The translations under genes were made by a program, and so were the position numbers. DNA of 64,000 nt from Deltaproteobacteria bacterium. Its GTDB lineage: Bacteria > Desulfobacterota > GWC2-55-46. Under the pieces are notes generated by a model that saw nothing but the letters and a program-made list of their open reading frames with translations, was not told the origin of the DNA and searched no databases. The stretch spans positions 37,649-101,648 of the forward strand of contig JACOUO010000030.1 in assembly GCA_016177845.1 (NCBI GenBank), written 5' to 3'. Shown here piece after piece: positions 18,976 to 30,109 of the stretch; positions within the stretch are counted from its first letter, which is position 1; each line of letters begins with the position of its first letter.

Positions 18976-20436
18976 TTGGATTTAACTTCTTTAACAATAC
19001 ACGAGCTTTCGGAAAAATTATCAAAAAAGGAAGTATCCTCGGTTGAGGTCACAAATGCATACCTCAAAAGGATAGAGTCGCTTGAAGACAGGATACACGC
19101 CTTTATTACTGTCACTCCTGAAGAGGCGTTAAAAGCCGCACAGGCCGCTGACGACAGGATTGCAAAGGGAGATAAGATTACCCCTCTTACCGGCGTGCCC
19201 ATCTCAGTCAAAGACATCTTCTGCACAAAGGATGTACGGACGACCTGCGCCTCAAAGATACTTGGGAACTTCGTACCCCCTTATGACGCTACCGTCACAA
19301 GGAAGTTAAAAGAGGCAGGAGCGGTAATACTCGGCAAAAACAATATGGACGAGTTCGCAATGGGCTCATCGACCGAGAACTCCGCTTTTTACAAGACCCG
19401 CAACCCTTGGGCGCTTGACAGGGTGCCTGGCGGAAGCTCAGGCGGCTCAGCCGCTTCTGTTGCGGCAAGCGAATGCATCGCCTCTGTCGGCACTGACACA
19501 GGCGGCTCAATAAGACAGCCTGCCTCATGCTGCGGAGTGGTAGGGCTTAAGCCGACATACGGCAGGATATCAAGGTTCGGCATGATAGCGTTCGCTTCAT
19601 CGCTCGACCAGGCAGGCCCGTTTACAAAAGATGTCAAAGACTCTGCGATAATGCTTCAGGCCCTTGCGGGTTTCGACCCATCCGATTCTACTTCAATCAA
19701 TACGGAAGTGCCTGATTATAGCTCATTCCTTACAGGCAACCTCAAAGGGCTTAAGGTAGGCATACCCAAGGAATACTTCATCGAGGGAATGGATACGGAT
19801 GTCGAAGCCGCTATCAGGCAGTCCCTTGAGGTGCTTAAAGACCGGGGAGCGGAACTTGTCCCCGTAAGCCTGCCCCACACCGAATACGCCGTTGCCGTTT
19901 ACTATCTCGTGGCAACAGCAGAAGCCTCCAGCAACCTTGCCCGTTATGACGGGGTAAAGTACGGTCTTAGGGTAAACGATACCGGAAGCCTCATCGACAT
20001 GTATAAAAGGACAAGGGATGAGGGCTTTGGCGGAGAGGTAAAAAGAAGGATAATGCTTGGCACATATTCCCTTTCAGCGGGATATTATGATGCCTATTAT
20101 AAGAAGGCCTCACAGGTAAGGACGCTTGTCAAAAACGATTTTGACGAGGCATTCAAGTCCTGTGATGTGATAGCGACCCCTACTGCCCCGACAGCGGCTT
20201 TCAAGCTCGGTGAGAGGGTAGAAGACCCGCTTACAATGTATCTCTCTGACATATTTACGATATCTTGCAACCTTGCCGGCATTCCCGGCATCTCAGTCCC
20301 CTGCGGCTTTACAAAAGACGGGCTTCCGGTAGGGCTTCAGATACTCGGCAAGACCCTTGACGAAGGCACAGTGCTTAAGGCTGCCCACGCTTACGAGCAG
20401 GCAACAGACTGGAACAAGAGAAAGCCTTCGATTTAA
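18976..20436 (+). CDS. gatA: Asp/Glu-tRNA amidotransferase subunit A
   Basis: Amidase signature [21 protein letters not shown]; start moved to TTG 18976 after an AAGGAG RBS. Confidence 0.96.
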   Translation: MDLTSLTIHELSEKLSKKEVSSVEVTNAYLKRIESLEDRIHAFITVTPEEALKAAQAADDRIAKGDKITPLTGVPISVKDIFCTKDVRTTCASKILGNFVPPYDATVTRKLKEAGAVILGKNNMDEFAMGSSTENSAFYKTRNPWALDRVPGGSSGGSAASVAASECIASVGTDTGGSIRQPASCCGVVGLKPTYGRISRFGMIAFASSLDQAGPFTKDVKDSAIMLQALAGFDPSDSTSINTEVPDYSSFLTGNLKGLKVGIPKEYFIEGMDTDVEAAIRQSLEVLKDRGAELVPVSLPHTEYAVAVYYLVATAEASSNLARYDGVKYGLRVNDTGSLIDMYKRTRDEGFGGEVKRRIMLGTYSLSAGYYDAYYKKASQVRTLVKNDFDEAFKSCDVIATPTAPTAAFKLGERVEDPLTMYLSDIFTISCNLAGIPGISVPCGFTKDGLPVGLQILGKTLDEGTVLKAAHAYEQATDWNKRKPSI

Positions 20437-20502
20437 TTTTTAAATAACCCGGCTTGCATTTTATTGCCGGAACCATAAAAAATTCAAAAGAGGATTTTTT
20501 AA

Positions 20503-21939
20503 ATGAAATACGAAGCAGTTATAGGTCTTGAGGTACACGCCCAGCTCCTGACTGATTCAAAACTCTTCTGCGGGTGCTCAACTAAATTCGGCTCTGACCC
20601 TAACACTCAGGTCTGCCAGATATGCCTGGGCATGCCGGGCGTCCTGCCTGTCCTTAACAGGAAAGCGGTTGAGTACGCAGTCAAGATGGCGCTTGCCGTA
20701 AACTGCAAGGTAAACCATAAGAGCGTCTTCGCAAGGAAAAATTACTTCTACCCTGACCTGCCCAAGGGCTACCAGATATCGCAGTATAACGAGCCTCTGA
20801 CTGAAAAAGGCTTCCTTGACATAGACCTCGAAGCAGGAAGAAAGAGGATAGGCATAACAAGGATACACATGGAGGAAGACGCAGGAAAGCTCCTCCACGG
20901 AGAAGGCATTGAGGACGCCAACTACAGCTTTGTCGACCTCAACAGGACAGGAGTGCCGCTTATCGAGATCGTCAGCGAGCCTGACATGCGCACCTCTGAA
21001 GAGGCGCAGGCATACCTTAGGGCTTTAAGGGATATACTGGTTTATCTTGAGATATGCAGCGGCAACATGGAGGAAGGCAGCTTCCGCTGTGACGCCAATG
21101 TCTCCATCAGGCCGGTTGGGGCTGAGAAGCTCGGCACAAAAGCAGAGCTTAAGAACATGAACTCATTCAAATTCGTAAAAGAGGCAATCGATTACGAAAT
21201 TCAAAGGCAGATAGACATTGTCGAAAACGGCGGCAAAGTTGTTCAGGAGACACGCCTTTTCGACTCCGCCAAAGGCATTACTGCTTCAATGAGGTCAAAG
21301 GAAGAGGCGCACGACTACAGGTACTTCCCTGAGCCGGATCTCCTTCCCTTGTTTGTCGAAGATAAACTCATAGAAGACTGCCGCTCAAAACTACCGGAAC
21401 TCCCTCAGCAGAAAAGAGAGAGGTTTATAAGCGAGTACGGCATCCCTGCTTATGACGCAGGCGTCCTTACAGCCACAAAAGAACTTGCCCATTATTACGA
21501 ATCAGTCGTAAAGGCAACAGGTGAGCCCAAGCTTTCTTCCAACTGGATAATGGGAGAGCTTCTAAGGCTCCTTAAGGAAGACAACAAGGATGTCAAGGAC
21601 TGCCCTATCACGCCTGAGGCAATAGCAAGCCTTATCGAAATGGTCAAAAAAGGCGAGATAAGCGGCAAGATGGCAAAAGAGGTCTTTGAAGATATGTACA
21701 AGACCGGCAAAGCCCCTGCCGAGATAGTAAAGTCCAAGGGCATGTCACAGATATCAAACGAGGATGAACTCGGAAAGATTATAGAAGGCATCATCGCCGC
21801 AAACCCTGAAAACGCCGAAAGGTACAGGGCAGGAAAGGTTCAGCTCATGGGCTTTTTCGTAGGCGAGACAATGAAGGCGACAAAAGGGCAGGCAAACCCC
21901 GGCGTTGTCAATAAGATACTCAAACAAAAACTCGGCTAA
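20503..21939 (+). CDS. gatB: Asp/Glu-tRNA amidotransferase subunit B
   Basis: [51 protein letters not shown]. Confidence 0.97.
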   Translation: MKYEAVIGLEVHAQLLTDSKLFCGCSTKFGSDPNTQVCQICLGMPGVLPVLNRKAVEYAVKMALAVNCKVNHKSVFARKNYFYPDLPKGYQISQYNEPLTEKGFLDIDLEAGRKRIGITRIHMEEDAGKLLHGEGIEDANYSFVDLNRTGVPLIEIVSEPDMRTSEEAQAYLRALRDILVYLEICSGNMEEGSFRCDANVSIRPVGAEKLGTKAELKNMNSFKFVKEAIDYEIQRQIDIVENGGKVVQETRLFDSAKGITASMRSKEEAHDYRYFPEPDLLPLFVEDKLIEDCRSKLPELPQQKRERFISEYGIPAYDAGVLTATKELAHYYESVVKATGEPKLSSNWIMGELLRLLKEDNKDVKDCPITPEAIASLIEMVKKGEISGKMAKEVFEDMYKTGKAPAEIVKSKGMSQISNEDELGKIIEGIIAANPENAERYRAGKVQLMGFFVGETMKATKGQANPGVVNKILKQKLG

Positions 21940-21953
21940 CTGCAAAAGCTTTA

Positions 21954-21983
21954 CAGGGGTTCAGGCATCCGCCTGAACCCCTG
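21954..21983 (+). terminator. Hairpin after gatB
   Basis: Perfect 13-bp stem CAGGGGTTCAGGC/GCCTGAACCCCTG, 4-nt loop; weak T-tract. Confidence 0.65.
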
Positions 21984-22313
21984 TTCTAATTTCACATCCC
22001 GGAATACCAAAATACAATTACCGATATAATTAAAACACTTCTTCCTCAGCACATCTCATACCGTAACCCAATATGAAAAAAATTAAGCTTGCCTATCTTT
22101 TGTTAAATTCGAATAGCGAACTCAACTAAAAAGCCAACTATTGCTTTGACACTGTAAATATTTAATGTTATCACCAAGCGATATCGTTTAAATAACCAGC
22201 CTGCAGCTTGAATTGTAAAATGTTAATATGTTTTATAAGGCTTATATTCTGCCAATTGGGGCGGTGATGCTATTGAGTTAGCGGCAGGTACAGCTGCAGA
22301 GTAATCTCAAATT

Positions 22314-22330
22314 GGTGCGTGGCACCCTAC
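22314..22330 (-). repeat. GTAG-type REP-like element
   Basis: Minus strand GTAG-GGTGC-CAC-GCACC: GTAG tetranucleotide followed by a short palindrome. Confidence 0.4.
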
Positions 22331-22410
22331 AGAACTAGTTTTTTTGGGGAGGGAACCTCAAAGCAGGATAATTTAACTTCAAACAATGAAAAAATGAGGG
22401 AGACTCATCT

Positions 22411-22977
22411 ATGTCAAAATGCCACACATGCGGTTGTCTGCCTGGTTTTTTCGGACCATTAGTAGAGTTTCAGGAAAAGAAATATTGTAGCAAGTGTGCC
22501 GAAAAAGCCATGTTACCGAAATGCTACACATGCGGTTCTGTGCCCGGTTTTCTAGGTGGACCATTAGTAGAGTTTCAAAGCAAGGAATATTGCAGAAAAT
22601 GTGCAGAAGGAGCTATTGATGAAGCTTCCTCAGTTGTAATGGTTACTACTACACACAATTTTGATGGGTATAGGGTTCAAAGATATATCGAAATAGAATC
22701 CGTAGAAATCGTAATTGGAACAGGTATTTTTAGCGAAATTACCGGCGAATTTTCAGATTTTTTTGGATCTCGCTCGTCTGCTTTTGAAAAAAAGCTTACA
22801 AGGGCTAAAGAGGTTGCTTTTAAAAAATTGAAATATCAAGCGTTTATGAAAGGTGGTAACGCAGTCATCGGCATAGATATGGACTACACCGAGTTTTCAG
22901 GAAATAGAATAGGCCTGATAGTAAACGGAACGATCGTGGAACTTGAAAAATGCAGCCAAAACACGAGGGGGAAGTGA
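22411..22977 (+). CDS. YbjQ/UPF0145-family protein with two tandem N-terminal CxxC...CxxC repeats
   Basis: C-terminal VTTTHNFDGYRV...GGNAVIGIDMDY...LIVNGTIV typical of YbjQ; duplicated KCxTCG...YCxKCAE unit. Confidence 0.8.
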   Translation: MSKCHTCGCLPGFFGPLVEFQEKKYCSKCAEKAMLPKCYTCGSVPGFLGGPLVEFQSKEYCRKCAEGAIDEASSVVMVTTTHNFDGYRVQRYIEIESVEIVIGTGIFSEITGEFSDFFGSRSSAFEKKLTRAKEVAFKKLKYQAFMKGGNAVIGIDMDYTEFSGNRIGLIVNGTIVELEKCSQNTRGK

Positions 22978-23001
22978 GGTCCTAAGAAGGGCCAGCTTCC
23001 A

Positions 23002-23079
23002 TAGGTAGGCTTAGCGAAGCGTAACCCAAACTACGAAACTAATGGTATGGTCAGCCTTGTAGGTTGCGCTGTGCCCACC
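23002..23079. repeat. Two degenerate GTAG-type REP-like palindromes
   Basis: TAGGTAGGCTTAGCGAAGCGTAACCCAAACTAC (23002-23034) and GTAGGTTGCGCTGTGCCCACC (23059-23079). Confidence 0.4.
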
Positions 23080-23155
23080 ATTTAATCTTTGCTTCAGACA
23101 AAGTAAGCACCCTTAAAAACTACCAAGCGCCCTGATTCCAAACCCAATTATAACT

Positions 23156-23599
23156 TCACATCTCAAACACCTTAAACCCATCCCTCTTCCATCTGAAGTA
23201 ATCCTTAAGCACCTGAGCATGGTCAAAGGCAAGAGGGCCTGGCAGATTATTCTCTGTAAATACCCCGATATTTTTGGCGTCATCCTTTGCCTCAGGAAGC
23301 CCCTCTGCATCTGCCGCGAATACCATAGTAACCGTATGGAATCTCGGGTCTCTTTTGGGGTCTGAGTATGCGTGCATCTGGCATTTAAGGCGAATATCAA
23401 GCGAGGTCTCTTCCTTTGCCTCCCTTATTGCCGCCTCCTCAAGGCTTTCCCCGTAGTCAACAAACCCGCCCGGTATTGCCCAGCCCGCTGGAGGGTTCTT
23501 CCTTTCAATCAGGATTATCCCCTTGCCTTCAAGCTCTATGATTATATCTACCGTCGGCTTGGGGTTTTTATATTCCTTTGGCATCAGCCTTCCTTTCAA
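23156..23599 (-). CDS. NUDIX hydrolase (ADP-ribose pyrophosphatase-like)
   Basis: Nudix box [24 protein letters not shown]; YSDPKRDPR. Confidence 0.92.
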   Translation of the reverse strand: MKGRLMPKEYKNPKPTVDIIIELEGKGIILIERKNPPAGWAIPGGFVDYGESLEEAAIREAKEETSLDIRLKCQMHAYSDPKRDPRFHTVTMVFAADAEGLPEAKDDAKNIGVFTENNLPGPLAFDHAQVLKDYFRWKRDGFKVFEM

Positions 23600-24591
23600 T
23601 CAGATCTCGCCGCCCTTAAAAATTCCGCGCTCTTCTCAGGCAGGCTTGTATTTATGAACATGCCGCTTCCCAGCTCAAAACCGGCAGTCCTTGTCACTCT
23701 CGGCACAATGCTTAAGTACCAATGGCAGTATAGATTAGCGGAGTCCTGCGGCCTGCTTGACCTGACCACGAAATTATAATCAGGGTTATCAAGCCCGTAA
23801 TAGACCTTTGAAAGGAGTGTCTTTAAATGGAATGACAGATCCTTTATCTCATCTTCACCAATAGATGTGAATGACGCCGAATGCCTCTTCGGGAAGATCC
23901 ATGTATGAAAAGGAGAGAGGGCCGCATAGGGAATAAAAGTGACAAAGTTATCCGTATCGATGATTATCCTTGTGCCCTCCTCCCGTTCCTTTCTGAGTAT
24001 CGAGCAGAACATGCATTCGCCCGTATCATCAAAGAAATGCATGGCTGCCTGCACCCTGTCCCTGAACTGTATCGGCACAACAGGGGTTGCGATAAGCTGA
24101 GAATGCGGATGCTCAAGCGAAGTGCCTGCGCCCTCCCCTGAGTTCTTAAAGATGATAGCGTGCTCAATCCTTGGGTCATTGTGGGCGTTTATAAACCTGC
24201 TCTGATAAACCCTTATCAGGTCCTGCACATCCCTCAGGTCCATCTGGGCTATGCTTAGGTTATGCACGGGAGTCTCTACTATGACCTCGTGTATGCCGAC
24301 CCCCGTAACAAACCTTTTGAACACATCGGAAGACCTGTGTTTCTCCCCTTGCGGATTAAGCGCAGGGTATTTATTGGAGACTACCCTTATCTTCCAGCCC
24401 TCTTCAGCCGAGAGTCGAAAGTGCTCCTGAGGCGTTTTATATTCGTTACCCGGGCAAAAAGGGCAGGTGTTAAGGAATGAGGGAATGGTCCTGGTTTCTC
24501 TGTATTCCTTGAAATCAATAGGCCTTTTAGCCCTTTCGGTAGCTATAATGACCCATTCCCTTGTGACAAGGTTAAGTCTGAGTTCCGGCAT
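23596..24591 (-). CDS. galT: GalT-family nucleotidylyltransferase (galactose-1-P uridylyltransferase / ADP-glucose phosphorylase-like)
   Basis: [24 protein letters not shown] active-site motif, CMFC, GFELGSG. Confidence 0.8.
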   Translation of the reverse strand: MPELRLNLVTREWVIIATERAKRPIDFKEYRETRTIPSFLNTCPFCPGNEYKTPQEHFRLSAEEGWKIRVVSNKYPALNPQGEKHRSSDVFKRFVTGVGIHEVIVETPVHNLSIAQMDLRDVQDLIRVYQSRFINAHNDPRIEHAIIFKNSGEGAGTSLEHPHSQLIATPVVPIQFRDRVQAAMHFFDDTGECMFCSILRKEREEGTRIIIDTDNFVTFIPYAALSPFHTWIFPKRHSASFTSIGEDEIKDLSFHLKTLLSKVYYGLDNPDYNFVVRSSRPQDSANLYCHWYLSIVPRVTRTAGFELGSGMFINTSLPEKSAEFLRAARSD

Positions 24592-24612
24592 TTTGTATTA
24601 GCCTGTTGTATT

Positions 24613-25101
24613 TTAAGGGTTGGCCGAGAGCATATTCTCTATCTGGCTGACATGGGACTTCTCTTCTTCAAGAAGCTCGCTGTATATTTTTCTTCCTTCT
24701 TCGGTCTGCGACCTCTTTGAGAGCTTCTCAAAATACTCAACAGAATGCCTTTCCGTATCGAGAGCTATAATGAGGGCCTTTTTAGGGGTATCTATGGCAC
24801 GCACAAGAGCATCTACATTTATCCTTTTTGAAAAAATATCTGCCGCGCCGGTCCGCTCGATAAAATCTTCTATCTGCAGTTCTTCTTCCGTGATCTGGTC
24901 TGAAAACCCTGCCTCAGGGAAGAAATGCGTCTCTATCAATTTAAGGTGCTGTTTTTCGTCATCCGCAAGCTTCTTAAATATTGCGCGCGCGTCCTTGTTC
25001 TCCGTCTTTCCTGCAAGAAGCGTATAAAACCTGTAACCGTTTATCTCTATCAGAGCCGCTCTCTTGACTGCCTCTTTTTCTTCCAGATGATCAAAAACCA
25101 T
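24613..25101 (-). CDS. Ferritin-like / rubrerythrin diiron-domain protein
   Basis: Two E...ExxH halves (EINGYRFY...DEKQH; ERHSVEYF...EEKSH); no rubredoxin domain. Confidence 0.8.
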   Translation of the reverse strand: MVFDHLEEKEAVKRAALIEINGYRFYTLLAGKTENKDARAIFKKLADDEKQHLKLIETHFFPEAGFSDQITEEELQIEDFIERTGAADIFSKRINVDALVRAIDTPKKALIIALDTERHSVEYFEKLSKRSQTEEGRKIYSELLEEEKSHVSQIENMLSANP

Positions 25102-25297
25102 AACCGAATCTCCTTTTAAAAGTTTGCGCGCCCGAATTCCTATTTAAATTTATCAGAAATAAGGGATTTGGGCAAGTCAGGCCAAAAGTAAGTATTGAAT
25201 CACAGGCGGAATAATGTTAGAAGATATGGTCTGCTAATATTTAGATTTCTGAAACGCGCGCAAACTAATACGGTATTACCTAAAGAGGAGGTTGTGA

Positions 25298-26068
25298 ATG
25301 GGACTGCTTGAGGGGAAAAAGGGTATAATTTTCGGCGTCGCGAATGACAAAAGCATAGCGTGGGCAATTGCCCAGCTCCTCCATAAAGAGGGCATGGAAT
25401 TGGCCTTCACATACGCCGGAGAGGCCCTTGAGTCCAGGGTCAGGCCTCTTGCGGATTCACTTGGCGCAAAACTCATATTGCCCTGTGATGTAACCAATGA
25501 CAGCCAAATAGACGAAGTATTTGAAATCATTAAGAAAGAATGGAACGGGCTCGATGTCCTCGTCCATTCCATAGCATTTGCAAAGAAAGAAGAGCTTAAG
25601 GGCGAATACACCCAGACCTCAAGAGAGGGCTTCAAGCTCGCAATGGAAGTAAGCGCATATTCCCTTGTAGCGCTGGCAAGAAGAGCTGAGCCCTTGATGC
25701 TTGACAGGAACGGCAGCATCGTTACCTTAAGCTACTACGGAAGCGAAAAGGTAATACCCAATTATAATGTAATGGGGGTAGCAAAGGCAGCTCTTGAGGC
25801 AAGCGTCAGGTATCTGGCCGCTGACCTTGGCCCGAAAAACATAAGAGTCAATGCTATTTCAGCAGGCCCTTTAAAAACGCTTGCTGCAATGGGCATCTCC
25901 GGGTTCAAGCAAATCCTCGATATAGTCGAAGCGAAGGCCCCTCTCAGGCGTAATGTCACGCAGGAAGATGTAGCAAAAACAGCGCTTTACCTCTTAAGCG
26001 ACCTTGCCAGTGGCGTTACCGGAGAAGTGCTTTATGTGGATTCAGGATACAATGTGATAGGGATTTAG
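25298..26068 (+). CDS. fabI: Enoyl-ACP reductase
   Basis: [31 protein letters not shown]. Confidence 0.95.
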   Translation: MGLLEGKKGIIFGVANDKSIAWAIAQLLHKEGMELAFTYAGEALESRVRPLADSLGAKLILPCDVTNDSQIDEVFEIIKKEWNGLDVLVHSIAFAKKEELKGEYTQTSREGFKLAMEVSAYSLVALARRAEPLMLDRNGSIVTLSYYGSEKVIPNYNVMGVAKAALEASVRYLAADLGPKNIRVNAISAGPLKTLAAMGISGFKQILDIVEAKAPLRRNVTQEDVAKTALYLLSDLASGVTGEVLYVDSGYNVIGI

Positions 26069-26320
26069 CCCGGTAAGCGTAATTTTGGGCTTTCCTTTTA
26101 TGTTTTTTTGTGATAGACTCTACTAAAATCTACATCCCTGATTAAACAAAGAAATTTTAAGAAAACACTGAGAATTTGCCCCCATACAGTTTTTTTTAAG
26201 CTTCGGGCAAATTAATCCATAAATCTGCCCTGCGTTGACAGGCAGGTTTTTTATGTATAGGACTGCGTAAAATAAAGGAAGATATGATTACCTGAATAAA
26301 AGCTGTACACATATAAAGTT

Positions 26321-27595
26321 ATGCATATAATAGCCGACCTGCACATCCACAGCAGTTACTCGAGGGCGACAAGCAAAGACATGAATCTGGACACGCTTTC
26401 GCTCTGGGCAAAAGTAAAAGGGATAGATCTCCTCGGCACCGGAGATTTTACCCACCCTGCACATTTTGCCTCCATCGAAGAGAAGCTCGAACCCACTGGG
26501 GACGGGCTGTTCGTCCTGAAAAATTCAAACAATCCCAAAAAATCAAATAATCCTCCCATAAATTTCATGCTGACGGCTGAAGTCAGCAACATATATTCCG
26601 AAGGCGGGAAGACCCGTAAGATACACAACCTTATCTTTGCCCCTTCCCTGGAAGCCGCAAAGAAGATAAACGCCTCTTTTGCCAAACTGGGCAATATCAC
26701 CTCTGACGGCAGGCCCATTTTCGGTTTTTCGGCAAAAGACCTCATTAAGATAGTCCTTGATGCCTCGCCTGACTGCATGCTCATCCCGGCACACGCGTGG
26801 ACCCCGTGGTTTTCAATCTTCGGCAGCAAATCAGGCTACAACTCAATAGAAGAATGCTTCGGCGAGTATTCAAAATACATCTACGCCATTGAAACCGGGC
26901 TTTCCTCCAATCCGCAGATGAACTGGAGGCTCTCATCGCTCGATAATGTCACCCTTATCTCCAATTCAGACGCCCATTCGCCCTCCAAGCTCGGCAGGGA
27001 GGCAAATGTCCTCGACTGCAAAATGGACTACTTTGAGATAATAGATATTTTAAAAACAAAGAATAACGAAAAATTCCTTTATACAATAGAATTTTACCCT
27101 GAAGAGGGCAAATACCACTCAGACGGCCACAGGGGCTGCGGCATCCTCTTCTCTCCTGAAGAGACCATAAAGGCAGGAAAGAGATGTCCTGTCTGCAACA
27201 GAGATGTAACCGTAGGAGTCTTAAGCCGGGTAGAAGAGCTTGCGGACAGGCCTGAGGGCTTTATGCCTGAAAATGCCATCCCCTCGAAGCACCTTGTTCC
27301 GCTTGAGGAAATCCTCGCCGAGACATTTGAAGTAGGTGTAGCCTCAGTAAAAGTGCAAAGGGAATACAAAAGGCTTACAGAAGAAGCAGGGAGCGAGTTC
27401 AATCTGCTCCTCCATATGGATGAGGATGAAATATCGACGATAGCCGGCCCAAAGGTGGCAGAGGCTATCTTAAAAGTAAGGAATGGAGATTTAAGCATCA
27501 GCCCCGGCTTTGACGGGGAGTTCGGAAAAATAAAGATCTTCGGCAGGACTGAAGAGATCGTGCCTCTTGGCCCTCAGCAGATAGGGCTCTTTTGA
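26321..27595 (+). CDS. Endonuclease Q family / PHP-domain protein
   Basis: DLHIHSSYSRATSK, GTGDFTHP, PAHAWTPW, SNSDAHS, GKYHSDGHR, CPVC, PGFDGEFG. Confidence 0.85.
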   Translation: MHIIADLHIHSSYSRATSKDMNLDTLSLWAKVKGIDLLGTGDFTHPAHFASIEEKLEPTGDGLFVLKNSNNPKKSNNPPINFMLTAEVSNIYSEGGKTRKIHNLIFAPSLEAAKKINASFAKLGNITSDGRPIFGFSAKDLIKIVLDASPDCMLIPAHAWTPWFSIFGSKSGYNSIEECFGEYSKYIYAIETGLSSNPQMNWRLSSLDNVTLISNSDAHSPSKLGREANVLDCKMDYFEIIDILKTKNNEKFLYTIEFYPEEGKYHSDGHRGCGILFSPEETIKAGKRCPVCNRDVTVGVLSRVEELADRPEGFMPENAIPSKHLVPLEEILAETFEVGVASVKVQREYKRLTEEAGSEFNLLLHMDEDEISTIAGPKVAEAILKVRNGDLSISPGFDGEFGKIKIFGRTEEIVPLGPQQIGLF

Positions 27596-27691
27596 TTTTT
27601 TTAGCGGGGAGAAAAGCTTTCCCGTGTCAGCATCGGCAACAATTTTATTCACGATACTATTCTTACTACTTGTATTACACAGGAGGGCTTT

Positions 27692-28378
27692 ATGCAGAGG
27701 CTATATAAGGGAATTCAGAAATTCCAGCAACTGCACCACAAAAAAGATGAAGAGTTCTACTCAGAATTGTCGAAAGGACAATCTCCTGATGTACTCTTTT
27801 TCGCGTGTTCGGACTCAAGGGTCGATCCGAACCTTATAACCCAGAGCAAACCCGGCGAACTCTTCATAGTAAAAAATGTCGGCAATATCATCCCCGCAAA
27901 CGGCCCGCGCTGGAACAAGAGCTGTACGGCAGCGGCTATAGAGTTTTCATTGCTCGTATTGAAGGTGCCCGATATCGTAATCTGCGGTCACTCGGACTGC
28001 GGCGCGATGAAGGCGCTTTACTATGATGAAAAAGACTTCTCAGAGATGCCAAATCTCAAGGATTGGGTCAACACGGCCAAGAATGTAAAGGAAGCCGTTG
28101 AGCATGAAAAGAACCCTGACCCGTCTTACAAGGCGCGCAAGGAACTTACCGAGAAGATGCATGTAATGCTTCAGATAGAGAACCTTATGAGCTATCCTCT
28201 TGTAAAGGAAGCTGTCGAGGAAGAAAAGCTTACGCTTCACGGCTGGTATTATGATATCGGCACAGGCCTTGTGCACGCCTATGACAGGCACAACAACACA
28301 TTCGAGCCCATACAGTGCGACGATGACGACCTCATAGGGCCGGTGCTTAAGAGAGATTCCTGCAGCGACGCGCAGTAA
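27692..28378 (+). CDS. Beta-class carbonic anhydrase
   Basis: CSDSRV and HSDCG zinc ligands; LHGWYYDI. Confidence 0.93.
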   Translation: MQRLYKGIQKFQQLHHKKDEEFYSELSKGQSPDVLFFACSDSRVDPNLITQSKPGELFIVKNVGNIIPANGPRWNKSCTAAAIEFSLLVLKVPDIVICGHSDCGAMKALYYDEKDFSEMPNLKDWVNTAKNVKEAVEHEKNPDPSYKARKELTEKMHVMLQIENLMSYPLVKEAVEEEKLTLHGWYYDIGTGLVHAYDRHNNTFEPIQCDDDDLIGPVLKRDSCSDAQ

Positions 28379-28619
28379 TCATTTTTAATTGTTTTTTTCC
28401 GGAGTTCACAGACATTTTTTAAATGGTCTGAATGAAAATAGCCTCCTTTTTTCTTTTTTAAAAAATCTGAAACTTATTTGATCTGGAATTTTTTAGTATT
28501 TTCCGGCAAGAGTCTCTTTTTTCCTGAATCCTTCCACAAACCCCTGTTAACTCCCCAAAAACCTGAAAAAAAATTTTGTATTATACTTTATCGAGGCTTA
28601 ACTACCGAAAGGCAAAGCG

Positions 28620-28868
28620 ATGAGGTATCTCAAGTATCTCCTTTTACTTTTCATACTTATATGCGTCCTTATCATCTCTGCCGTGTCATGGCATTCGATA
28701 GAGGAGATACACTACCTTAAATCCTTTTATCCTGAGCGCCTCTCGGTTGAAGACGCTTTCCATGCCGCATGGGTCGAGGTCTTAAAAATACATATAATCA
28801 GCCTGCCTCTGCTTACCATCATCCTCATCTGCGCATTCCTGCTATGGCTCTATAAAAAAAGGGAATAG
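28620..28868 (+). CDS. Hypothetical small membrane protein (2 TM)
   Basis: Two hydrophobic segments; 56 bp upstream of the USP gene. Confidence 0.6.
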   Translation: MRYLKYLLLLFILICVLIISAVSWHSIEEIHYLKSFYPERLSVEDAFHAAWVEVLKIHIISLPLLTIILICAFLLWLYKKRE

Positions 28869-28924
28869 CCGGCTGCCTTAAAATCCTTTCCTAAGCCCGT
28901 GATTTAAGATAAAATATCCGCCGT

Positions 28925-30109
28925 ATGTATAGAAAAATACTATTTTGCCTTGATAATTCAGCTTACGCAAACACCGGAATAGACCTTGGGCTTGAGATAG
29001 CCAAAGAGCATAACGCCTCTAATGCCGGCTGCCATGTGTATGCTGCAAAGCTCCACAATGACAGGTTCCGCGAGATGGAAGACGGCCTGCCGCCACAGTA
29101 CCAACAAGGAGAAATATTAAAAAACCAGCGCGAAGTCCACGACACCCTCATTACAAGGGGCTTAAAAATAATCTCCGACTCCTACACCTCCGTACTCCAT
29201 GCCAAATCAAAGGTGCTTGGACTTGATTCAATAGGGATAAGCAGGGAGGGCAAGAATTACGAACAACTTGTCCTGGAGATAACCGAAGGCGGATACGACC
29301 TTGCCGTAATCGGCGCTTTCGGGCTCGGCAAGACAGAATCAGGCCGCATAGGAAGCGTCTGCGAAAGAGTAATAAGGCGGATAAACATAGACACCCTCGT
29401 TACGAGGGATACACTCTCAACAAACCCTCAGGGAAGCATTCTGGTTGCCATTGACGGCAGCCCGCAATCATTCGGAGGGCTTTTGACCGCGCTTGAGCTT
29501 TCAAAGGTGTTTAACCGCAAAGTTGAGGCAGTGAGCGCATTTGACCCATGCTTCCATCAGACAGCGTTCCGTTCGATTGCCGGGGTACTCAGTGTTGAGG
29601 CAGGCAGGCTATTTAAATTCAGCGAACAGGAAAAGCTCCATGAAGAGATAATAGATAAAGGGCTTGCCAGAATATACCAGGAGCACCTCGATACCGCAGT
29701 CTCAATAGGCAAAGAAAAAGGCATCGAGGTAAAGGCAACTCTCCTTTCAGGCAAGCCTTTCAATGAGATACTCAAATACATGAAAAAGACCTCTCCTTTC
29801 ATGCTCATTATCGGCAGGACAGGCGTCCATGCCTCCCCTACCCTTGACATAGGCTCTACAACCGAGAACTGCATGAGGGAGTCAGACTGCCATATCCTCA
29901 TCTCTTCAAGGAAATACTCGCCTGATGCGGGAGCAAAAAAGATTGACGCCATCACATGGACGGATGAGGCTAAAACAATCCTTGAGCGCATTCCCCAGTT
30001 CGCAAGGGGTGTAGTCAAGAACATGGTTGAAAACTCTGCAAGGAGCGCGGGCCTCGATGAGGTCACTGCGGAGTTCATGCACACTGTCCGCAAGAAGATG
30101 GAAGAATGA
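28925..30109 (+). CDS. Tandem universal stress protein with C-terminal PCP_red-like domain
   Basis: Two USP units (KILFCLDNS...GSVCERVIR; ILVAIDGS...GSTTENCMR); tail WTDEAKTILERIPQFARGVVKNMVE...VTAE. Confidence 0.8.
   Translation: MYRKILFCLDNSAYANTGIDLGLEIAKEHNASNAGCHVYAAKLHNDRFREMEDGLPPQYQQGEILKNQREVHDTLITRGLKIISDSYTSVLHAKSKVLGLDSIGISREGKNYEQLVLEITEGGYDLAVIGAFGLGKTESGRIGSVCERVIRRINIDTLVTRDTLSTNPQGSILVAIDGSPQSFGGLLTALELSKVFNRKVEAVSAFDPCFHQTAFRSIAGVLSVEAGRLFKFSEQEKLHEEIIDKGLARIYQEHLDTAVSIGKEKGIEVKATLLSGKPFNEILKYMKKTSPFMLIIGRTGVHASPTLDIGSTTENCMRESDCHILISSRKYSPDAGAKKIDAITWTDEAKTILERIPQFARGVVKNMVENSARSAGLDEVTAEFMHTVRKKMEE

Noticed and set aside
28590-28625. GAAAGGCAAA motif reminiscent of a c-di-GMP-I riboswitch
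   Set aside because: The P1/P2 stems and tetraloop-receptor arrangement could not be built.
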